Source of the DNA: Phoronis australis
Lineage: Eukaryota; Animalia; Phoronida
NCBI GenBank assembly: GCA_002633005.1
Contig: NMRA01000379.1
Location: forward strand, 352,868-416,867
Direction: 5' to 3'
Length of the DNA stretch: 64,000 bases
The position numbers and the translations under genes are program-made. Positions 13,701 to 25,600 of the stretch are shown piece after piece (the stretch's first letter is position 1; each line of letters opens with the position of its first letter). The notes beneath the pieces were generated by a model that ran no database searches, was not told where the DNA came from, and saw only the letters and a program-made list of their open reading frames with translations.

Positions 13701-14247
13701 AAAAGAATTCTGTTGCACTTAAAAGTAAAAACAAATTAGTAGGCATCTTAAGAACTCCAGGCATTTTCATGTCTTAAATTGCATCATTTTAATCTGTGTC
13801 TTGATGATTTGAATGAAATAAACTTGAAACGGATGTTGCATTCAAAATCTTAATTAAACGGATTTTTGGGTCCTCTTTTGGATCACCCATGGACCAAACT
13901 CCAGGATTATGCAATTTAAAGACGCCCCTTTCCTTCAATGGTAGGTGATAAAATAGCATTACGAACGCAAATTTTTTACACTCATAAGTGTCAAGTCCTG
14001 CTTGCTCTCCAATTACAGTCTTTAAGTCAGCATCGCTTGTGCTGAAGGAAGTCCTGTGTGAGCTGTTCCTAATAAACTAACACGACTACTCACTACTTCA
14101 AAAACATAACTTAGACGGAGTTTTAGAGCAATGAGAAAAAAGTAGGAAAAAGTAGGAAATACTAAGAATTTCAGAAAAAATAGGAAAAGTAGGAACAGGC
14201 CAAAAAAGTAGGAAAAAGTAGGAAAAGTTGGAACGCTTGAAAGCCTG
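10760..14247 (-). mobile_element. DNA transposon with CAGGCTTTCAAG TIRs, long internal inverted arms and an XPG-like (Academ-type) coding remnant
   Basis: CAGGCTTTCAAGC...GCTTGAAAGCCTG termini with flanks GCATGG/GCATGA. Subterminal AAAAGTAGGA arrays. Inverted arms at ~10960-11800 and ~12950-14000. Minus-strand remnants at 12150-12900 read CDHLEAKTSVIIH, SDNDILVLLLHH and LLGLHVLTGCDCSRAF. Confidence 0.75.
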
Positions 14248-14442
14248 GCATGAATATTAAGTACATGCACCTTTTAAAAAGAAATTTTTCGATAAAAATA
14301 CGAAGGGCAAACTCCTTGTAGCTATAACAAATGTTGAAATTATCAACAAACGTTTAGTATATAATAACCGCACATATCAACTTTAATAATACCATTGCAT
14401 GTCAAAATCAAAGATCAAATTCCCCGTGGAAATGAAAGTAGA

Positions 14443-15040
14443 AGATATTTATTGATTCGTTGTAAGTTTACAAGCGCTACATATTATAGTGTGACCATAG
14501 ACTATAGTACATGGACCGCCAGCTCCGTATACTTTCAATGGACGAAATCTCTGCTCTTACAGAAGCTTATTCACTAGCGACATCTGGCCCAGATATCTGA
14601 TGATATTTCCTGCAAGTAAGTTTGCTAATCATGGTCGGCCTCCCGTTCAGTAACGCTAGGACCTCGCTAAAAAGCAAGACTTCACGAGATTACGTGAGAT
14701 ATTGCCGTGAATTTTAAATGAGAGCACGTGACTTTGACTAGGTTTTAGCTAGGTCCTAGCGTAGGTCCTAGCGTCTACTGAACGCACGCCGGCTGTTGTG
14801 TCGTCACAATACACTAACAGGAAACTGAGACAGGTACTTAAGGAGAGTGGCGCCTCCCCTAGGATATTATGCAAGAAAATATCGGAGTTGCAAATCTGTT
14901 GTCCATAATCCATGGTGTGACGTAAAATATTTAATAATTCGTTGCAAGTTTATAAGCGCTACATATCCTAGTGTGACATAAGATATTTATTGATTCGTTG
15001 TAAATTTATAAGCGCTACATATTCTAGTGTGACGTAAAAT
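14443..15040. repeat. ~57-bp repeat unit, three copies
   Basis: The unit gatatttattgattcgttgtaa..ta.aagcgctacatatt.tagtgtgac occurs at ~14443, ~14925 and ~14982. Confidence 0.75.
14637..14790. mobile_element. ~150-bp MITE, copy 2 (Harbinger-like GGC ends)
   Basis: GGCctccCGTTCAGTA...TACTGAACGcacGCC inverted termini; homologous to 8774-8922. Confidence 0.75.
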
Positions 15041-15690
15041 ATTTAAAACCAATTAAACAAGTGATAAGTTGATTTTGACAAAAATTGCATCCATAGACAT
15101 TAAACTCCACATGGTCCACGATGAGGAAAAGGATACGGGAACATGACGTCACCTGAAAATGACGTGTACGAATAATAAAATCAATGAATTGGTGATATAC
15201 AGTCTCCCTGATTTGTTAAAATTGCAGAAGTAGGTTAAAAGTTGCACAGCCTTCCACAGAAGACGTTTTCCCCGCCCTGGGATGGTTCCTATCAACTATG
15301 TCATTATTGGGTAGTGTGGATAGTCAAGTCTTGCTCACCAGACGTACGCGCCAGGCGGTTTTCTAATCGCACGAATACGCCTAGGCTTCTTGAGTTTTAT
15401 ATGATCATGGTTCAGGTCTTCCACACCATTAATTTTGTTATGGACATCTTTCTAAGTGTTAGTTTGGACGTGAGTTCAAGTAGAATTTACCGAGGAAGAC
15501 TAGCAGCTTGGATATTAGAAGGCCTAACACCAGGCGACCTACCCCCAATACTGTGACGTCATCTTAACGTTGTGGAGCCACTCTAATAGAATAATTAAAG
15601 TGCCAAACTTAAAAAAACAATGATAATAAGTAGGCCAGATATACGTAGCTCTTTAAATTACTAAGCACACAAAATTGTTTCCTGTCTATG

Positions 15691-15959
15691 GACCAGGGGC
15701 CCGTTCCAACAAAACTGACTTAGTTAGTTAAGACAATTCTTAGATTTCACTAAATTTTAAAATAAAAGTTAATAAATTTGTTTCAAAATCATTGCAAGAA
15801 AGAGATCTTAAGCTTGATTTAAATGTTTGACGTAAGTTTGGTCTTAATTTCGAAGAACTTACCTGATGTGTGCAAGTTTCAAAGATTGGAAGTTAAGACA
15901 AATCTTAGACTTAAGTAAAAAATGAACTTAAGTCAGTTTCTTGGAACGGACCCCTGGTC
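15691..15959. mobile_element. Palindromic MITE (PIF/Harbinger-like ends)
   Basis: GACCAGGGGCCCGTTCCAAcAAAACTGACTTA...TAAGTCAGTTTCTTGGAACGGACCCCTGGTC inverted repeat. Confidence 0.8.
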
Positions 15960-17413
15960 AATCCCAATCCTTCTGAACTCCCCGAAAGCATAAAATGGGT
16001 GCAACCGTTGACATTGTCGGACAACAGCGATTAATCCAAACACAACATTTTGTAAAAATAATCAAGTGTTAAATTGCGCAAGTGGTTACCTGAATCGGAA
16101 AAATCCAAGACCAGCAAAATTTTCGAAAATTTAAATGTGACTATTCCAATTTGTGGGTCCAAATCGCCTCAAAATAGTGGTACCTCATCATTAAACAGTC
16201 GATGGCTGACTTCATGAAAAATAATTTGTAAAATTCCAAACAAAAGTGCTGATTGATTGTTGCCAAGAAAAGCGACTCACACAAAAGACTTAGAAAGCCT
16301 GAATTGTACTCATGTTTACACAGCACTGACTCACAACAAAGCACACTGGCGAGGTTGTAACAGAAACGATGACACAGTCACACTAGGCTTACGACTTCTA
16401 AAAATGATTTCAACGAAGTAGCAGACAGAAGTCTTACCCATACGTGGGTGTCCAGGCGGTTACGACATTTCTTAAAATTACAGGAAAGTTCGTTGTCCAT
16501 CTGAATTTAAAGAGAAAGGAAATACAAGCAACTTTCACTAAATTCCGTGTAGCAGACGAGTATTTGAAATCAGACGAAGAGACACCTGGTGGATTTTCAA
16601 GAGAGCGAGACAACGGAGATTTTCGTAGACAAACCAAACGGAACACAACAGATTTGGATATTGTTACAGCAAGTTAACACAGATTACCCTCTGCAATGAA
16701 ATTTATATACCAGGCCACATGCCCATGTCAATATCTCCTGCTACACGGACACGTCATCAAAAATTCCAAAACTTAAAACTGTATTACCCATAGACATCAT
16801 ACTATAGTATTAAGACGTCTATGGTATTACCATTATTAAGCGTTGTTATGGCGTTATTAAACTTATTATGAGGAACAAGATGTTTTTTAGAAAAAATATC
16901 ACTCGAGTACGAACCTATTTCTCCCTCACTTTTCTGTAATATAACTACCTCTTGCCGTCTGGTAGAAACCTTAAGTTCCGTCATTTTCATGGCCTTGGAA
17001 CTGTTTGATGACGTCATAAGTCAACACTAATGACAATAAAAATGTATCATATTCATTACACCATATCTTATATGTCAATTGTCATATAGTGTTTGATTTT
17101 ACTTTATTTCTGTTTTTGTTGACAAAGGAAGTTATTACATCCGAAAATTTCAAATTTCAGTTGATCCATTCTTGTTGTTTTATTTACCGGTTTATAATAA
17201 AAATATAACAATGTTAGTTGTCTGCTCTGTCAAAATGTCTTATAAATTCAGTGATGTCAGTTTGCCAAGTTTGGTGTTGTAAGGAGACGGACAAAAGAAA
17301 CTGTTTTTGGAAGTTTAATTGTTTCGCCGCGTACAGAGTTTTTTTAAAAACCATCTCGTTCCTCAAAAAACGTTTAATAACGCCAGAACCATTCAATAAC
17401 CTCTATTTATAGA

Positions 17414-18250
17414 ATGTGGAATCGTATTATTAATTTCGAGGATGATAGACTAACATACCGAATATTTTGGTGGCACTACACTACTACTACTAATAATTGG
17501 TCGTCTGAAGTCTTGAGCATTTTTGAAGAATTAGGGATTTCGGATTGTTTTCATGACTTACGTTCAGTTAATCTGTCTCACTGTAAGAATATTTTGCATG
17601 ATTTAGCATGTAATAGGTGGTTATTTGAAAGCCGTTCGAAACCAAAGTTAAGAACCTATGTTTTGATGAAGAATGCCTTTGAAGTTGAGCCTTATGTGCA
17701 TTTAGACTTAACTCGGCTTAGTAGGTCAATTCTTGCTCAAATTAGAACCGGAACCCTACAGCTATTGGTTGAGGTTGGGCGTTTTCATTGTCTAGATTCT
17801 GATGACAGAATTTGCTGTCTTTGTCACACTGGTCAGGTCAAAACTGAACTACATTTTCTGTTTGAGTGTCCGTTTTTCTTAGATGCCAGAAACACCTTTC
17901 ATTGTCAAGTTGAGATTAAATATCCACGATTCCGTGCAGAAAGCTGTGAAAGCAAATTAATTACAATCATGCAAAAAGATGTTATTAGAAAAACTTCAGT
18001 TTTCATCAAAAACATTGTTGAAGTAAGGAAAAATTATATTTATTTATGATCACTTTGATTTCGGCCTTCTCTTTCTGGTCCTCTTGCAATGCGCGTACAC
18101 TTGTCTTTTCTTTTTTGTATCATGTATCTAAAGTGACTTATAAGCCCCGTGGAGGGCTGGGTGTTCCTAGTTTTTGTAACGTATTCATTGTTTCATTTGA
18201 ACACATGTCACTATAATAAAAAATTACTTACTTATTACTTACTTACTTAT
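17414..18250 (+). mobile_element. 5'-truncated non-LTR retrotransposon (RTE-X-like ORF2 C-terminus)
   Basis: A 211-aa open frame with KPKLRTY...LAQIRTGTLQLLVEVGRF...RICCLC...ELHFLFECP, then a 3' UTR with AATAAA and a (TTAC)n tail. Probable TSD TTATAGAA(T/C)GTG at 17407-17418 and 18247-18258. Confidence 0.85.
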
Positions 18251-18296
18251 AGAACGTGACGAAAGGGGAACCTCTCCGGTGACTTAAGCTCTCCCA

Positions 18297-19280
18297 TTAG
18301 TTCCGGCCACAAGCCAACAAACTTAGCAGAGGCAAATTCGCAACCTACTGTACGAATGCTGGCCATACACTTGTTCAAACAGTGGACGTTGTCAAGAGCA
18401 TATTAGATTCACAGATATCCCAAATAAAAACGACGCGTTAGTACATTTCAGTATTTATTTAACAAGCATTTTCCTCAGAGCCCCACAGTTTCATCAAGGA
18501 TTATGAGTTGACATAGAAATTTGAATTTTGAATCTTCTTACTGCGTGCAGTTGCTCTATTCTAAAATCTGCTCTGATTGACGGAATGCCACTTCTTCTTC
18601 ACTTGACCCAATCGTGACCTTTGAAAACACTCACTTAGCAGACCTTCCCGCGGTTAGAGAATTGTAGGATGTACGACTCATTCGTCGTCTGTTGGCTGAA
18701 AATGTTGGTGTGTGTTTTTTGGTTTCATTGGTTGGTTTCATGCTACTTTGGTGGCGGTGTCCCATAGCCCACAAATCTATAGCCGTTAAAAGATTAGTGC
18801 AAGAGTGAAGTTGTAATTAAACGGGAATTTCGGGAAAGTTTTGCATGCCTGGAAAACCCAAAAATATGTGTGGTTGGCATGCGTGCACCCAGCCTAACAA
18901 ATGGGGTGGGGGCTCGGATTTTTGAGAATTTAGACCTTTTACTAAAAAAAACGTTGAAAAATTAGTGCAAGAGGGAAGTTGTAATTAAACAATAAACTCA
19001 AAAAAGTTTCGCATGCTTGGGAACTGCAAAAAATATGTGTGGTTGGCACTCACGGCAGTGCACCTGACGAAATTGAAAAAACTACGGTGGCGTGTTGAGA
19101 CCTTTAGTTCCGGTCACAAGCCAACAAACTTGGCAAAGGCAAATTGGAAAATTACTGTATGAATGCAGGCAATGCACTTGTTCAGACAGTGGGCGTTGTA
19201 GAGAGCATATTAGATTCACAGATATCCCAAATAAAAACTACGCGTTGGTACAATTAATTATTTAACTGACAAGCATTTTC
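18297..19280. repeat. Direct repeat pair (~175 bp at 18297-18471 and 19104-19279) enclosing a second repeat pair (~18790-18890 and ~18960-19050)
   Basis: Visible duplicated blocks ttagttccgg.cacaagccaacaaactt...caagcatttt and attagtgcaagag.gaagttgtaattaaac...atatgtgtggttggca. Confidence 0.75.
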
Positions 19281-19798
19281 AAATGACATCAATTTCAAAA
19301 GCTATGCACATATTTACAATGAGAGATGAGAATTCCCGAGGCAGCACAACGTTCGGTAAATTTCATTTCTAGTCTCCACGGCTCGAGTCACGCAAAATTC
19401 TCTTATCAGCGAACTGGCGCTGGACAACATCATACACTGAGTTGATGGAATTCAGGGCATTCAATCTGGCAAGTTACGCAGCCACGCTGCAACTCGGCGT
19501 CACGGACAATGTGATTTCATCGATGGAGAAACTGCGCTCCACTACGGCTCCATGCACGTGGCAATCCAAAGACGCCACTGAGTCAGTTTGGGTACTTTCG
19601 AGGATGGAACGCTGAAATAAAGGGTGATGGACATACGTTACACACAAATGGTGCGGAAACAGCACTGTGTGCATTTCATGTGCAGTGGCGGATCTAGGAT
19701 ATCACAAGGGGGGGGCAACATTTTGTCCGGCTGTAAACATTTGCGCAAACTGAACCACGATTGTAGATGCGCATAGCACCGAATGGGGGGAGGTCGGG

Positions 19799-20229
19799 NN
19801 NNNNNNNNNNNNNNNNNNNNNNNNNNNNNNNNNNNNNNNNNNNNNNNNNNNNNNNNNNNNNNNNNNNNNNNNNNNNNNNNNNNNNNNNNNNNNNNNNNNN
19901 NNNNNNNNNNNNNNNNNNNNNNNNNNNNNNNNNNNNNNNNNNNNNNNNNNNNNNNNNNNNNNNNNNNNNNNNNNNNNNNNNNNNNNNNNNNNNNNNNNNN
20001 NNNNNNNNNNNNNNNNNNNNNNNNNNNNNNNNNNNNNNNNNNNNNNNNNNNNNNNNNNNNNNNNNNNNNNNNNNNNNNNNNNNNNNNNNNNNNNNNNNNN
20101 NNNNNNNNNNNNNNNNNNNNNNNNNNNNNNNNNNNNNNNNNNNNNNNNNNNNNNNNNNNNNNNNNNNNNNNNNNNNNNNNNNNNNNNNNNNNNNNNNNNN
20201 NNNNNNNNNNNNNNNNNNNNNNNNNNNNN
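19799..20229. other. Assembly gap (N run)
   Basis: Continuous Ns. A smaller gap is at 51057-51069, with single Ns at 62 and 3494. Confidence 1.
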
Positions 20230-21839
20230 CAAGCCATTGTAGCCCCCTAATTGAAGACAATGGAGTGGGCCAGGTTTGAGTGCAACCCTTTGGGAAGTGA
20301 GTGCCACGAATGGTATTCAGCCGCTGATTGAAGTTGTTGCTTGAAGTCCAGAAATTTGGCCTATGTTTTGCTCTAAGCACCATTTTTGGAGCACATGCCT
20401 CTTGACTGGGAATGCTTTTGCACGCATACAGGCAAGCTTCAGAAAAATGAAAATTGGCAAACATATGGTTGCCAATGACACAGTTTAAACCACATTTCTT
20501 GAATCTAGAGTGCACAAACATTTGGAAATCATGTCTCTTCTGTGGTACCGGGGCAGTCCGGAATTTGTGATTCTATATTGAAAAAGGTCAAAATCGCAGT
20601 TTTGGACAACTTTTAGCATTTTGAACCTTTTTTCCAGTGCACGTGGCAAGGCAAAAGACATCATGATAGCTTAGTTGAATAGTTACATAATCATGCCTGT
20701 TTTCATTTTTCTGAAGACAGTGAAAGCGAGAGGGTTCTTGTTGATCCTGACCGGCGATAACGTCGAGATCAGACCCTCTTTCAGTCACGGAAAGTCCATT
20801 AGCAAAGCTCATGAGCTCAGACACACTTTTCATCTCAATTACACAAAGGAGAGGCTCTGTACAAATCTCTGCATCTATTTCGTCTGCTTTACGGAACTTG
20901 TAAACTATATCATCCATTTTGGCGCTGAACTGAAAAAATCATAAAAATTATAAAAAATAACTCAAGGGAACAATGCGTCGATAGCAATACCCACTAGGCG
21001 AGTCGCACTTTAGGTGTTTGTAACACTCGCTCACCGACATTTCGCTCCACAGTTATCAAGACAACAATTATCTATCCGCGCGCGCGTATGTGTGTCGTAC
21101 CTAAATATCCACGCAGCACAAGACGTGCTCATATAAATGACTTACCTGGTACAATTGCAGCGTCAGATCCTGAATCCGGACGTCGTTATGACCAACTTTG
21201 TACTTGAAGGCCTCCACGCCACTTTGTTTTGGCTCTTTTGAGACGACCAATTGTTAGATTGGAGTATGCGTAGCTGCTCAAGTTTGGCTTGCTCCTTCTG
21301 CAACAAAGAGGTTGTCTTGAAATGCTGCACTCCGTTTGTAATTCACTCAGTAACAGACAATTTCAGGATGACATAATTTTCAAATCAGAGAATAGAAATA
21401 ATACTTCTAAAAGAAAAGACAGGGCATTGCCTCTGTACTTAAAGTTACGTTGGTTTATGAGTGCAAGACTCTTCGTTTGTAAGGTAAGTAGATGTTCTAC
21501 CTTTTTCATTTTTGACAATTCTTCAGTGGTAGCTCCCAACTTCCTCTCCGTTTTCAGTGTATCTCTGACGACGCTGGAAAGTGAAGCTGACAAAGTACTT
21601 TATCATCAAGTTTAATATCGTTTCGTTAATAAACTGTGTAGTGAAACGTTGAACGTTTACTAAAGGGAGCAACCATTCAAGAAAATTAACTAACAGATGA
21701 ATCACCAGAACCGGCAGACAGTTGCTTGACGACAGTTTCACTCTCTTGGGTAGGCAGCAGGTCCACAGGACACTCTTGCCAGTCCTCCATGTAATCTACA
21801 TATCCCAAAACAGAATCAGACTTCAATTTGACATGGTGC

Positions 21840-22606
21840 TCCGAAGAATTAAAAATAAATAAAACTGGGGAACAGAGCTCGAGGGATCATAACTCGAGAG
21901 TCAATGGTTAAGCTTGGTACAAAATATACTGTCGAAGCTGTAATTGGACAAGGTATACAGTCTACTCGCTTAATCGTAATTCCCGGAATATCGACACTTT
22001 TTGTCAGCTTAACAGAAGGCTGGTATTTTCTAGGTACTCCAGAATTCATAACTAAAGTCTCGCTAGCGAAAGTTATGGAATCTGATTTCGTACCAATAAC
22101 TGCCTTCAACTGCTTCATTAAATCAAGGCCTAAAAGGCAATCATCGCTAATGTTGACCACAACTGTTGAAGATTGGTACGACTGGTCACTGATTGATAAA
22201 GTGACAGGTTTAGTGCGGAAACCTTTCATAGATAAATCTTCGCCAGCAGCATGGACGTTGATGTCATGAGAAAATACTACATCAGTCAATAGTTTAAACA
22301 GCCCGTGAGAAATGATAGTACTATCCGCACCACAATAATTAACCGCATTGATACTTGTGTACCGTTGATGATGATAGGTATGTTGTACATACTCCCAGAA
22401 GCAATTTTCCTTATTTCTATAGTTTCCAAAACTGCGTCTGCAGTTGGTATCGTAGGATAAACGCAAACATCCACACCAAACGCGTCGGCCTGTTGAACCT
22501 GAGACAGCCCCCCTGGAGATGGTGGGAGATCAAGCGAAACACTACCTACAACATCCTGAGGAATGAAAGCATTAGGCACAACCGAGGAAACCTACGAGTC
22601 TGAAAC
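21840..22606 (-). mobile_element. Degenerate Gypsy element, protease segment (3' part of an interrupted gag-pro)
   Basis: IPIIINGTQV..., degenerate active-site context AVNYCGADSTIIS, and DCLLGLDLMKQLKAVI. Continues from 28098 across a TTAA insertion. Confidence 0.75.
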
Positions 22607-22610
22607 TTAA

Positions 22611-25600
22611 GTATCAGTCCACGGATCCACCGACCACTGTACAGCCAACAAGCGGCAAGGTGGGGGGTCAGCCATTCAGATCCATGTTTAGTCTGATAAA
22701 TCACATTAGGGATGAGAGAAATTGGGTGAAGTATGACACCACAAAGTTTGGTGGTTTAGGAGATACAAGGGAAGTGTTCTGGGCGGCAAAATGAGGCGAT
22801 TTCTTGATGTGGAATGAGTCATTTTTGACCAAATTTTCTACTCCAGTTTCCGCTTCAAACAGAATCGTTTATGAAATATTTTGTTATCACATGATAGGTT
22901 CATGACCAATGTCAGTAAAAACGGCACCGACACTGAAATATCGGTTACCATGGTAACACTGGAACTGTTTCCGTGGAGGTACATTTCATTCTTGTGAAAA
23001 ACCAGCAGTACGTTGTACCCTTATAGCGAAGCTGCCCCCGCGAGAAAACTAAAAATAATAACATGGACATGTAGGAGACTCCATGCCCTTGAATTTAATA
23101 CAATAAAAACTTTGTCAGCCCTTCAGGCAGTCTTGGTAACAGGTGTCAGAATTTCACTATTTTCAGACCGCGTATGTGTATTTGTCATGTTAAACCAGTC
23201 ACTAGTTGTGCGCCGTTTCTACGCATTAATATGCCGTGGTATAATACAACAATTAAAAGAATTGGTTTGCTTAAATGTTTTTGATTAATTTTAAGGACAC
23301 TTGCATTTCCCACTAAAATATGAAATTATACTAAATTTGTTCATCCAACTCGTCTGAGTACTAAAGCATACAATGGGTTAGTTGAATGATGGCTGATCTA
23401 AAGTGTGGGTTTGCGAATTTATCTATCTGGCACTGCCATTCGCATCGAATGCGGTATTTCTACAAATTGCGGAGAGAAACAACTTTGGAAACTCTTGGGA
23501 AATGCACAAGGAAAAGAGCGACACATTTGAGCACCTTATAAGAGTAAGTGGAGCTGATGTGCAGGTGGAACGTGTCCTGAGAAGTAGTCTGTGTGTGCAG
23601 CAGGAGCTACATTAGATTCACTTGCCCGAATCATCGTTACAACACTCGAGATATATTGGCGTCACCAAAGACACTGAGTAAATCCACTGCACACTAGAGG
23701 AGAAATCTGATAGAGGTCTGAAAAATGACCAAACACGTTAAGTAAGGTTCAACGTCCTGCTTCGTGTGAGCTCAGGTATGAATCACTAAACTCCAGGGTC
23801 TGACCCTGAACGATATTTTCAGAAGCACGTCATTCATGCAAAAATACTTTTATTGACACACCGTGATTGCTTGGGCCTTATTGCTTAATCATATCTTATT
23901 CAAATGTGTTGATGTTTATGCAACTACATGTATACATTGGCATAGAAAATAGGTAGTTGTAGTAATAGCCGAGATTACCCGACTCGGGAATCGATCGAAC
24001 CAGTGACCCCCATAAAACCGGCAAGCGTGCTAACCATTCAGCTAATAGGCAATTGCCTGTTAGCGAGTAGCTAACAGAGGCTCATATAATTCGCCGGAAG
24101 CACATCTACAACATTCCCCCTTCCCTACGGAACGGGAACGCGACCACGAAGGTGAACCGTTGAACAGGATGTCTCGCATACAGGTCATCAACGTCTCTTG
24201 GTACCTTTACAACACAGATGAACACAAGGTAGTCTCTCATACAGGTCCTTGACTCCTGGAACCTTCCAAGCGCGCCGTCCCGAGGTCCGTGTGTACTAGT
24301 TGGCAGTGCTTCATCGGTATATCATCCCTTTGCCGACTACGCCATTTGTAGTAATAGCCGAGATTATCCGACTTTGGAATCGCACCAGCGACCCCCATTA
24401 CACCGGCAAGCGTGTTAACCATTCAGCTAATAGGCAATTGCCCGTTACCGAGTAGCTAATTAACAGGGGCTCATATAATTCACCCGAAGCACATCTACAG
24501 CATTGTCATCATAACTTTAACAACCACCAAATGTGTAACATGACTTCTGCCCATGAACTACTTTTAGAGACTAGGGAGTATGTTATGTCTGCCAATGAAT
24601 TTCTGTGGTTATGAAGTTAATTAAACGTGCTAAAGCCGTCAAAAATATTGGTGCCTTCACTTTAGCTTGGTATTCATATTTTCTGAGCTGAAATGGCCAC
24701 ATTAAATTTAATATGTTTAATTTTTTCGTTAATGCAATTTTAGGAATCAGGAATGGCTTATGCTGAAGAAGTGGCTTCTGCTGAAGTTGGAGACCAGCCG
24801 ATTATTAGTAAAGGTTGGGTGTGGAAAAGTTCACAACCAGCAAGAAAGTACCCTTGTGGACAACTAAGTGAGGGGGCTAGAGTGAGGCCGAAAAGTCTAC
24901 TCCCAGAAGATATGTCAAAGAGAATTTGTAGCTTGAGGAACGTGTCGGGGAAAAAGTACTTGCCAAAGATTACTGGCTTATGCCACAACAGGTCCAAAGT
25001 AATTTGTTGAGATAGGCCACTCTCAGCAAATGTAGGGAAACTGGGACAGAGGAAGTGGAGTATGCATTGAAAGAGGCAATCTGCGATTGTCAATGATGTA
25101 GCATTGTAAAAATTCAAAGGGAGGAAACAGTACAGTGGCTGGACCTGTAAGTACTCTGGCTAAATCCAGTGGGAGCATTATTGTATCAGCACAGATGTGT
25201 AGGGAAGTAGGCTTTTGTGTTGCCGCAAGCTTTGTTTGCACTAGAACTGCTTGTGTGAACAGCACAAATCTAAAATTTACATAGACTGAACTTTTGTCCA
25301 GGCACGGATCATGATCCTGGGCCACATGGTAATGATACATTGTTCATTTTGTTTAGCCACTGGATTTTTTGGTCTGACAGGATTTCTCAGTGTGGCCATC
25401 ACATTTAGATGATTTCTGACCACTGTACTTTTCCTTGAAGATGCGTAATTGATCAGAATTTATGTTTCCGCATTTTTATTTCCATTGTAGATTTTTGTTT
25501 GTAAATGGGTATATATTGCTGAAATTTGAGCCCCTGTCACAGTTAGGCTGGTTTTGTTAACTTATCTTTCTGCGTGGGTTGTAAACCTTCTGTCCATGAG

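Noticed and set aside
14022-14270. Hydrophobic membrane-protein ORFs (also 52901-53158)
   Set aside because: The F/L richness comes from the AAAAGTAGGA subterminal repeats of a transposon.
14443-15040. CRISPR-like repeat array
   Set aside because: Eukaryotic context, degenerate ~57-bp units without regular unique spacers, and no cas genes.
19638-20521. Long ORFs (155-275 aa) in the ORF track
   Set aside because: Artefacts of translating through the N gap.
23958-24110. tRNA gene
   Set aside because: A and B boxes are present, but the acceptor and anticodon stems are poor and the sequence is part of a duplicated LTR.
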